From the NCBI GenBank assembly GCA_043804515.1, contig JAZDIZ010000038.1:1-31602 (forward strand): 31,602 nucleotides of DNA, read 5' to 3'. Of the stretch, positions 8,050 to 15,270 are shown in pieces; within the stretch, counting starts at the first letter, position 1; each line of letters begins with the position of its first letter. The DNA is from Pseudomonadota bacterium. Its GTDB lineage: Bacteria; Bdellovibrionota_G; JALEGL01; DATDPG01. Made by a program: the position numbers and the translations under genes. The notes under the pieces are model-generated. The model was given only the letters and a program-made list of their open reading frames with translations. It was not told the DNA's origin and ran no database searches.

Positions 8050-8191
8050 CCGCCTTCGCCATTCGCTAAAGGAACAGCGAACTTCAGGCTACGGCGGGAC
8101 ACAGCCTTCGCGAATAAAAACGAAAGTCTACAGACTTCCGCACGTCTTCACCGACTTGCCTAGCCGAAGCCCCGGCAGGGGCGAAGGCTGG
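8050..8191. repeat. Pair of inverted REP-like palindromes between the tRNAs (8050-8100 plus, 8155-8191 minus)
   Basis: GCC-TWC-GC-loop-GC-TWC-GGC pattern, shared with the insert at 5030-5060. Confidence 0.65.
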
Positions 8192-8263
8192 TGAGCCGGG
8201 ACGGGATTGAACCGTCGACCCTCTGATTAAAAGTCAGATGCTCTACCACTGAGCTACCGGCCC
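8189..8263 (-). tRNA. tRNA-Lys (anticodon TTT), CCA encoded
   Basis: GGGCCGG...CCGGCTC-A-CCA; D arm GCTC-AGTGGTA-GAGC; anticodon arm TCTGA-CTTTTAA-TCAGA; T arm GACGG-TTCAATC-CCGTC. Confidence 0.97.
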
Positions 8264-8286
8264 ACACCAAAAACGGTCAGCGGGTG

Positions 8287-8314
8287 CTTATACAGAAACG
8301 GCGGAAATGGGCAA
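8287..8314 (-). promoter_or_regulatory. Probable promoter of the tRNA-Lys/tRNA-Glu operon
   Basis: Minus strand TTGCCC-16 bp-TATAAG followed by GC-rich CACCCGC, about 23 bp before tRNA-Lys. Confidence 0.55.
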
Positions 8315-8378
8315 GATCATTGGATAATCGGATTGAGGCATCGGCAACTTGCCCTAATTCAGGACAATCCGCCAGCCT

Positions 8379-8549
8379 ATGAACTCCAACCTCCGTCCCC
8401 ATTTTGTCATCCTCCGCGTGAAGGGAGTCTCGTTCGGCTCGGATACCAGCTGGGAGGACTTCGAGAAAGCCTGCGGCGGCGGCGAGCCCGGCGGCGGCAC
8501 CGGCGGTACCGCTCCCCCCGATACTGGCATGAAGATCGAGTGCTTCTAA
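8379..8549 (+). pseudogene. 56-codon ORF, probable 3' remnant of a gene
   Basis: MNSNLRPHFVILRVKGVSFGSDTSWEDFEKACGGGEPGGGTGGTAPPDTGMKIECF*; the distal part has GC3-rich codons; no RBS seen. Confidence 0.35.
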
Positions 8550-8631
8550 GCAGCCTCCGCGTATCCAAAGTTACCGTTGGCGGCCCCGTGACCGGGGCCT
8601 ACCCCGAAAACGGAAGTCTGCATTTAAGATA

Positions 8632-9888
8632 TTGAAATTCTTATTGAATGTCCCATCCGTTTCGCGCCAAGATGGAGCTGTGAAGGTAAGGACTGTACCT
8701 TCTCTGGTCGGTCTCCTGTTCCTAATCGGAAACTGCAGCGGGGATGGGAGCGGAGACAAGATTCTCAATCTGCCTCGGGCTGACATTCCGGGGGCCTCCG
8801 CCCTCTTCGCCGTGATCTCGAAAGGTCAGAACGGCTCGCCGAAAGTTCTTCACATTTCGGACTTCGTTCATCACGAAGACCTTCAAGCACCTCAGGACAT
8901 GCCGAGAGGGAGGGCGATTTACTCCACCATCTTGGCGTATACCGAGGACCTCGCGGGAAAGACCCCCATCGTTGTTGCGAAGGGTGATCCCACGGACGGC
9001 CTGGACCATCCGGAACCCGTGGCCATTTTTGCCGCGGAGATGTTTTTGGAAGCCCGGATGCATCCAATTTCCGTGGACGACCCGGATGATGCGTTTCTCC
9101 AAGCGTTCGTCCAGATGGTTTTCATACTAGGTGCCCAACCAACGCCCACGCCGGAACCCGCTGCGACGCCTACGCCGGAACCCACCGCGACACCTACGCC
9201 GGAGCCCACTGCAACACCTACACCGGAGCCCACTGCAACACCTACGCCGGAGCCCACCGCGACACCTACGCCGGAGCCTACCGCAACGCCCACGCCGGAG
9301 CCCACCGCAACGCCCACGCCGGAGCCCACCGCGACACCTACGCCGACACCCGAGCCGACGGCTACCCCGACACCTTCAGGGCCGGTGAGCGTTGGCCCGA
9401 ATAACGCCTCAATGTTTTTCGACTCCGACGACGGCTATGCCATCTGGTCAGATCCGGACAACGCGCAAACATCCGACAACCAGTACGCAACCGTGGAGAT
9501 TGACGACGCGACCTACCAGAGCAACGGCCTGTACGCTCTAAACTTCGGGTTCAGCGTTCCTTCAACGGCAACGATCAACGGAATCCAGTTCGATGTTGAA
9601 AGAAAGGCAAACAAGAAATCCGGCATGGACTGGATGAACGACTTCGTCGTGTTTCTTGTCGCTGGGTCCATTCGGACGGACCAGGACAAAGCGAACGCAA
9701 TTCATTGGCCCACGACCGACACGTACGTCACCTACGGTGGATCGACGGATCTGTGGGGCCAGACGTTAACCCCGACCGATGTGAACGGCTCTGTGTTCGG
9801 ACTCTACCTTGGGACCTATGTCACGACGATCTCAACCGTTATCGCCTATGTCGACCACATTCGATGTACCGTCTACTACACCGAATGA
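8632..9888 (+). CDS. Probable exported or lipoprotein surface protein with Pro/Thr linker and C-terminal beta-rich domain
   Basis: Hydrophobic segment ending LIGNC; nine PEPTATPT repeats; start uncertain (TTG 8632 or GTG 8680). Confidence 0.75.
   Translation: MKFLLNVPSVSRQDGAVKVRTVPSLVGLLFLIGNCSGDGSGDKILNLPRADIPGASALFAVISKGQNGSPKVLHISDFVHHEDLQAPQDMPRGRAIYSTILAYTEDLAGKTPIVVAKGDPTDGLDHPEPVAIFAAEMFLEARMHPISVDDPDDAFLQAFVQMVFILGAQPTPTPEPAATPTPEPTATPTPEPTATPTPEPTATPTPEPTATPTPEPTATPTPEPTATPTPEPTATPTPTPEPTATPTPSGPVSVGPNNASMFFDSDDGYAIWSDPDNAQTSDNQYATVEIDDATYQSNGLYALNFGFSVPSTATINGIQFDVERKANKKSGMDWMNDFVVFLVAGSIRTDQDKANAIHWPTTDTYVTYGGSTDLWGQTLTPTDVNGSVFGLYLGTYVTTISTVIAYVDHIRCTVYYTE
9151..9372 (+). repeat. 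24-bp coding tandem repeat (PEPTATPT x9)
   Basis: Eight contiguous units at 9151-9342, a 6-bp insert, and a ninth unit at 9349-9372; variation is mostly at third codon positions. Confidence 0.95.
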
Positions 9889-9960
9889 AAAATCGGGAAA
9901 ATCGGGGCGGAAAATCGGGGGACACCTTACCAATTAAAATCGGGGGACACCTTACCAATT
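9889..9960 (+). repeat. Intergenic tandem repeat: two partial and two perfect 25-bp units
   Basis: AAAATCGGGGGACACCTTACCAATT at 9911-9935 and 9936-9960; AAAATCGGG at 9889 and 9898. Confidence 0.92.
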
Positions 9961-10110
9961 AGCACGGGCCTGCTGGTGGCTTGCGTCCGTGGCGCTGAGG
10001 TACGCATTCCGTGGAATCCGGAGACACACGCCAAAATCGATTATCCGCTCCACCACCTTTCCCGGGGCCACTTGACACATGGCGGCATTGCGCAATACGC
10101 TTGGTTTCGC

Positions 10111-11112
10111 ATGGGGTGGGGACGAAGGAGATCCTGGAAGCTCGTACTTCTGTGCGCGATTGCCGCCGCGCCCACTCTTCCCACGCAAGCACGCTGTACA
10201 GAGCCCTCGACGACGGACCGCATAACGACGATGTTGAAGCCCGGCGCGTCGCCAGGATTCGACGGGCCGAACTGTTTCAACACCGTGCTTTTAGCCACGG
10301 GCGTTCTTCCGTTGGAGGACGTGCGGAACGTGGATTCGGAGGAATTCGAGCTTCTCTTGCGCCGGGCATTCGACCCCGTTAAGAAAGGCGAGCAGCGGCG
10401 GGGGGATCTCGTCCTCTACGACGCGTCGAACCGGCGGGATCACGCGGCCGTGTACCTCGGGGACGGGCTCGTCTTCCATAAGAGAGATTGGAACCACGCG
10501 TATGATTATCGTGTGGTCGGAATCGACAAGATCTTTGCCCACGAACCGGGGGACGACCGGCCCCGGAGGCCCGAGGAACCTGTCCCGTCCTGGGATGGCG
10601 ACATGACCCCCGTCCGGGACCGCGCTTTCTTCAGACGGAAGGCTCTCATCCTCCCTTTGGAAATCCCTTCAGATCTGCGCCCCACGGAGCAGGTTCTTGC
10701 GTATGTTCGCGCGGCCGTGCTCAAATACGGTCCGCGCTGGAAAGTCGGGGTGACGCTGGGGATCGTGACGGAAAATCTGATGAGCGCGATCTGGTCACGG
10801 ACGCTTGAGACCTCACCGGCACTCGCCAGCCTAGCCAAGAGCCTGGTGTTTCAGGTGAAGAGCAGTATCGCCGCCGAGCATTTCACGTCCCCCTACGCGA
10901 AGGAAGATCTGATCGCACCCGGGATCTATTTTTCGGACAACGAGTTCCTTCGCGAGCTGATCTGTCTCGTGGGCGAGATGGAGGGTGTCGACCCGGATCT
11001 CGATAGCGTCATCGCGCTGCTGGAGGCGGACCGCCGCTCGCGACGCCTGAATCTTCTCGAAGCGGTGTGCCAGGCGGCGGCGTGTCAGGAACACGCGACG
11101 GAACCGAAATAG
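10111..11112 (+). CDS. Exported hypothetical protein with NlpC/P60-like (papain-fold) motifs
   Basis: Signal-like N-terminus; GPNCFN...RRGDLVLY...DHAAVYLGDGLVFHK; TTGACA-18 bp-TACGCT upstream at 10072-10101. Confidence 0.65.
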   Translation: MGWGRRRSWKLVLLCAIAAAPTLPTQARCTEPSTTDRITTMLKPGASPGFDGPNCFNTVLLATGVLPLEDVRNVDSEEFELLLRRAFDPVKKGEQRRGDLVLYDASNRRDHAAVYLGDGLVFHKRDWNHAYDYRVVGIDKIFAHEPGDDRPRRPEEPVPSWDGDMTPVRDRAFFRRKALILPLEIPSDLRPTEQVLAYVRAAVLKYGPRWKVGVTLGIVTENLMSAIWSRTLETSPALASLAKSLVFQVKSSIAAEHFTSPYAKEDLIAPGIYFSDNEFLRELICLVGEMEGVDPDLDSVIALLEADRRSRRLNLLEAVCQAAACQEHATEPK

Positions 11113-11118
11113 ACGTTT

Positions 11119-11148
11119 AGTCACGTGGGGTGCTGCCGACTACGCGCG
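11119..11148 (+). repeat. Degenerate 30-bp arm of the cassette site, without the tRNA core
   Basis: AGTCACGTGGGGTGCTGCCGACTACGCGCG is 22/30 identical to the R2 arm with no gaps; all 8 differences are transitions; 6 bp after a stop codon. Confidence 0.7.
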
Positions 11149-11240
11149 CGTCGAACGAGGGAAACGCACCGAGATCAATGTCCTGAGATGTATGCCCAGG
11201 TCCGGTCTCTTGAGGAAGAGGCGTGTTCGGAAAGATCTGT

Positions 11241-11280
11241 GGACACATAGGGTACAAATGGCCCCACTCGGGGGACGCCA
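11241..11280 (+). repeat. Cassette boundary site R5 (opposite orientation to R1-R4)
   Basis: GGACACATAGGGTACAAATGGCCCCACTCG-GGGGACGCCA, 34/40 identical to R2. Confidence 0.9.
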
Positions 11281-11355
11281 AATTTCGCTTTCTAGCTCTT
11301 TCCACCTATGAGACAGAATGACGCAAACAAGGGTTGTAACATCTTGGAGAAAATT

Positions 11356-12270
11356 ATGAGCAGGAAACGAAAATCCCACGTCCTCGGAATAATTGGGTTC
11401 TTATTGGCGCTTGGCAGCCTCGTTGCGGCCACGCCGGCCCGGGCGTTAACAGAGGTCCGGACGGATTCGATCCGGTCGGCGGAGCAAATCGTTCACCTGG
11501 AGGGCCAGCGATACGAGCCCAAACGCGTTCTCGTGATACTCGACGTGGACAGCACGCTTCTGACCCCATACAGCGATCTCGGGTCGTCGTTTTGGACTTC
11601 GTGGCAGTTCGCACTTCTAAAAACCCCGGAACTGGAACCGGAGCAAGTGACTACGAACCTCGAAGGCCTGTACGTCATTACGAACGTCATCCGCGGCAAA
11701 AACCTGATGCGAACGGTGGAACCGGAGACGGCAGCGGTCGTGAACGGGATTCAAAAAGACGGCTTTCCGACGATCATTCTCACGGGACAGCCGCCGATGA
11801 TGCGGAAGACTGCCGAATGGCAACTGCGGGAAAACGGGATGACGTTCACCAAATCGGCAATCGGCCATGACGTTCCAGGTACATGGAAGATCGGAAAGGG
11901 CTTCGACACGGCCGACCTTACGGAAAAGGAGATTCAAACGTTTGATCTGACGAAACCGCGTGACGTGAGCTATCGGAACGGAATCTTTCTCGTACATGAC
12001 CAGCATAAGGGAGCCATGTTGAGGGGCTTGCTTCATCGGCTGGGACTGTCGGATGCATTCAGCGCGATTGTCTTTGTGGACGACAGCGGGACTAACATGA
12101 AGGACATGAAGGCCGGGTTTGACGGGAGGCCGGGGCTCAACCTCACCAATATGCTCTACACGCACGAGTACCCGCGAATCGAACGCTTCAAAGCCGGCGA
12201 TAAGTGGGACGTCATTGCGGCCTTTCAACAGATCCGGCCGACGCTCCCGCGATCCGCATTGGCGCATTGA
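11356..12270 (+). CDS. Exported HAD-superfamily protein (DUF2608-like)
   Basis: Signal peptide ending ARA; ILDVDSTLL, IILT, HKG and IVFVDD HAD motifs; GGAG RBS before ATG 11356. Confidence 0.8.
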   Translation: MSRKRKSHVLGIIGFLLALGSLVAATPARALTEVRTDSIRSAEQIVHLEGQRYEPKRVLVILDVDSTLLTPYSDLGSSFWTSWQFALLKTPELEPEQVTTNLEGLYVITNVIRGKNLMRTVEPETAAVVNGIQKDGFPTIILTGQPPMMRKTAEWQLRENGMTFTKSAIGHDVPGTWKIGKGFDTADLTEKEIQTFDLTKPRDVSYRNGIFLVHDQHKGAMLRGLLHRLGLSDAFSAIVFVDDSGTNMKDMKAGFDGRPGLNLTNMLYTHEYPRIERFKAGDKWDVIAAFQQIRPTLPRSALAH

Positions 12271-12326
12271 GTCGGGATTGTGGGTTTGGGTCTATATGAT
12301 CAAAAGGGAATAATCCGTCTGGTCAG

Positions 12327-13373
12327 ATGAAGAACCAAACCGTGAAAAACCCGAAACACATCTTGGAGCGCTTGCTTACCGGATATCAGGTCACGCAGCT
12401 CATCTACGTCGCCGCCAAGCTCGGGATCCCGGATCTTCTGAAAGGCGGGCCCAGGAGCAGTTCAGCTCTTGCAAGGGCCGTCGGCGCGCATCCGAAATCG
12501 CTCTATCGTGTCCTTCGGACCCTTTCGGTCCTCGGTATCTTTTCCGAGAAGCCCAATGCACACTTCGCTCTCACACGGCTAAGCAGGCTCCTCACAAAGA
12601 ACAATCCCGAATCTCTGCGCCCTCTCATCGTTTCCTATGGAGAATCCTGGTGGTGGCAGGCCTATGGCCGAACGATGGACGCCGTCCGCACGGGCAAACC
12701 TGCGTTTCGGCGGGTCCATGGGATGGGATTCTTCGATTTTCTTTCCAAAAACCCGCAAGCGGCCTCGGTTTTTCAGGCCAATATGTCGGCTACGGCTTCG
12801 GAAGAGGCACGCGCCGTCCTCAAGATCTACGATTTCACTCACGTCAACTTGCTCATTGACGTCGGCGGCGGCCACGGAACGTTCGTATCGGAGATTCTGA
12901 AGGCTCACCCTCCCCTGCGGGCTATTTTGGTTGAGCACCCCTCGGTCCTTGCCCAGGCAAGAAAGTATCTTAAGAAAGCAGGAATCGAACGCCGATGTGA
13001 TCTCGTTTCCGGAGATTTCTTCAAGTCCATTCCACGCAAAGGCGACCTTTATACGCTTAAAGACATTGTCCACGATTGGGACAATGACCGGGCGATTGCT
13101 ATTCTGCGCACCTGTCGGCGGGCCATGCCGGACAATGCAAAGCTCCTTCTTATTGAACGCGTGATTAAAAAACGCCGTCCGCCTTTGGATCACGTCCTTG
13201 TCGATATTTCAATGCTCGTTCTCACGGGCGGCATGGAACGAACGGATGCCCAATATCGCGCCCTTCTCAAAGCTGCCGGTTTTCGTACGACTCGAATCCT
13301 GCCTACGACGGTCGGAGCAAGCGTTATTGAGGCGGTCCCGTCTCCATCGGGTATGAAAACTTTTCGCAGTTGA
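12327..13373 (+). CDS. SAM-dependent O-methyltransferase (Methyltransf_2 with dimerisation domain)
   Basis: AAKLGIPDLL, LIDVGGGHG, GDFF, IVHDW and GGMERT motifs. Confidence 0.92.
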   Translation: MKNQTVKNPKHILERLLTGYQVTQLIYVAAKLGIPDLLKGGPRSSSALARAVGAHPKSLYRVLRTLSVLGIFSEKPNAHFALTRLSRLLTKNNPESLRPLIVSYGESWWWQAYGRTMDAVRTGKPAFRRVHGMGFFDFLSKNPQAASVFQANMSATASEEARAVLKIYDFTHVNLLIDVGGGHGTFVSEILKAHPPLRAILVEHPSVLAQARKYLKKAGIERRCDLVSGDFFKSIPRKGDLYTLKDIVHDWDNDRAIAILRTCRRAMPDNAKLLLIERVIKKRRPPLDHVLVDISMLVLTGGMERTDAQYRALLKAAGFRTTRILPTTVGASVIEAVPSPSGMKTFRS

Positions 13374-13662
13374 TGCACATTTTGCGCGGGACAAGTCGAA
13401 AAGCCGGATGCGATCGGCCGGGTCAGATACCACTTAAATCGTAAACTTTAGTTTGGTTTCCCGAATGCAAGCGAATCGCGCGGCAGAGCCGCCTCCCCAT
13501 CTGGGCGCACGTTTCAAGCTCCCGGACGTGCATCATACCCAGTGTTCACGAACAGGTGTTGAATTCACCCACCCGAGATCATCCGACGATGTGGTGGTCG
13601 AGGCACGCGGTTTGCATCGTCACCCCTCCATGGGTTCGCCAATCGGCACACAGGAGGGGAAT

Positions 13663-15126
13663 TTGGCATTCATTTCGTCGTTTATCAGCGCGGTCAGTGT
13701 TTTTCTGTTTGTTGGCTCTGCGGCCGCACAAAGCTGCGGTGACGCGAACGTCCTTTGCGTTCCGCAAGAGTATTCCACGATTCAAGCCGCGGCCGATGCG
13801 TCCGTTGCCGGCCAGACCGTGTTGGTGAGTGACGGGAGCTACACCGGATTCCAGATCACCCGGTCCGGAAATGCCGGTTCGCCGATCACGTTCAAGGCCG
13901 CAGGGAGTGGCGCGGTGATCTCCTCGCCTATTCCCGGCTCATCCAGTGCCCATTGTGTCGGCGACGGGATCTGTTTCAAAGGAAACGGGAGCCTCCAGGG
14001 CGTGCACGACATCGTCCTGGACGGCTTCAAGATCCAGAACGTGTATCGATGCGTGTCTTCATACGACGCCAGCCCGGAGACGAACTCCCCGACCGAATGG
14101 CCCCATCAAAGACTCACGTTGCGGAACAACGAGTGTTCCGGATCGGCCCACGAGGGTTTCTACATGTCGGAGTTCAACGGATCGCTTATTGAAGCGAACG
14201 TCATTCACGACACGGGAACCAACGGCCTGGACAGAGGCCACTGCATGTACCTGGCAAACGCCGGGTCGGACGATACAACCATCCGAGGGAACCTCGTCTA
14301 CAACTGCGGCGTTGCCGGGGCGGCCGCCATGCATTTCAACGGTGACGACAGCGTCGGAGGAGACGGATACCAAACCGGCCTGTTGATCGAACGGAACGTC
14401 ATCCACGATACGCTGCAGAACGGGTTGAACATGGACGGCGTGGGGGATTCCACGATCCAAAACAACCTGGTTTACAACGTCGCACGCTATGCGATCGACG
14501 CCTACGCAATCGACGCGTCGGCCGGACCCCGAAATCTGAAAGTCGTGAACAACACGTTTATCGGAAGTTCGTCGGCGAAGCCGGCTCTGATCTTCACCGA
14601 AGATCAAGGCGGCCACGTCCTGTTCAACAACATCCGGGTTCAGGATGGAACCGATACGGGAGACCCCACCGGGGCCTACGACCTGATTGCAACGCATGCG
14701 CAGGCCACGCCATGGTTTGTAAGCATTGCTGGAGGCGATTACCACCTCAAATCCGGGGTCGCGCCGATAGACTCGGGCTGGAGTTCCCAGTTTGGGCTTG
14801 CTGCGCCGTCGGTCGATCTCGAGCAGGGATCGCGTCCGGAAGGTACCGGGTACGATATGGGTGCCTATGAATACGGCAGTGTCGCCGTCTCGCCTCCCCC
14901 AACTCCGAGCCTGACGCCGCCTCCGGGTGCCACGCCTACTCCGGTCCCGTCTTCGAACGCCGATCCTTCGACAAAGATTACCGGCGGGTCTGCTTCGACC
15001 GATACGGTCCTCTCGGCAGGATGCGGAGCCATATCGGAATCCGGCAAGCCCGCCGACGTAACCTGGCTCTTGCTCTCCATCGCGGGGCTGTTGATCGCCG
15101 TGCGAAAAAAGCGCCAAATCCTTTAG
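13663..15126 (+). CDS. Secreted right-handed parallel beta-helix protein with C-terminal membrane-sorting signal
   Basis: YSTIQAAAD, repeated IExNVIHD/IxNNLVYN strands, DYHL...IDSG...DMGAYEY; C-terminal GCG-TM-RKKR; TTG 13663 follows GGAGG (ORF track starts at 13453). Confidence 0.82.
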   Translation: MAFISSFISAVSVFLFVGSAAAQSCGDANVLCVPQEYSTIQAAADASVAGQTVLVSDGSYTGFQITRSGNAGSPITFKAAGSGAVISSPIPGSSSAHCVGDGICFKGNGSLQGVHDIVLDGFKIQNVYRCVSSYDASPETNSPTEWPHQRLTLRNNECSGSAHEGFYMSEFNGSLIEANVIHDTGTNGLDRGHCMYLANAGSDDTTIRGNLVYNCGVAGAAAMHFNGDDSVGGDGYQTGLLIERNVIHDTLQNGLNMDGVGDSTIQNNLVYNVARYAIDAYAIDASAGPRNLKVVNNTFIGSSSAKPALIFTEDQGGHVLFNNIRVQDGTDTGDPTGAYDLIATHAQATPWFVSIAGGDYHLKSGVAPIDSGWSSQFGLAAPSVDLEQGSRPEGTGYDMGAYEYGSVAVSPPPTPSLTPPPGATPTPVPSSNADPSTKITGGSASTDTVLSAGCGAISESGKPADVTWLLLSIAGLLIAVRKKRQIL

Positions 15127-15270
15127 GCTTCATCCACGCCCGATTTTGGCCAATCTGCACGGCTCCCAGCGAAAACCCGTTTCGGATTTCCATGTAACAT
15201 ATTGAAAGTACGCGGTTATATGCCATCTTGACCCGGGCGAGACGTTACGACATAGTGCGTCGTAACTCGC

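Noticed and set aside
9999..10045. GGTAC...ACGCCA-AAATCG as a decayed site before the NlpC/P60-like gene
   Set aside because: The spacing is 24 nt instead of 19 and only short words match.
13420..13453. GGGTCAGATAC...AACTTTAGTT as another cassette site
   Set aside because: It matches the right-arm 10-mer but has no GGGGACGCCA core and the wrong spacing; compatible with chance.
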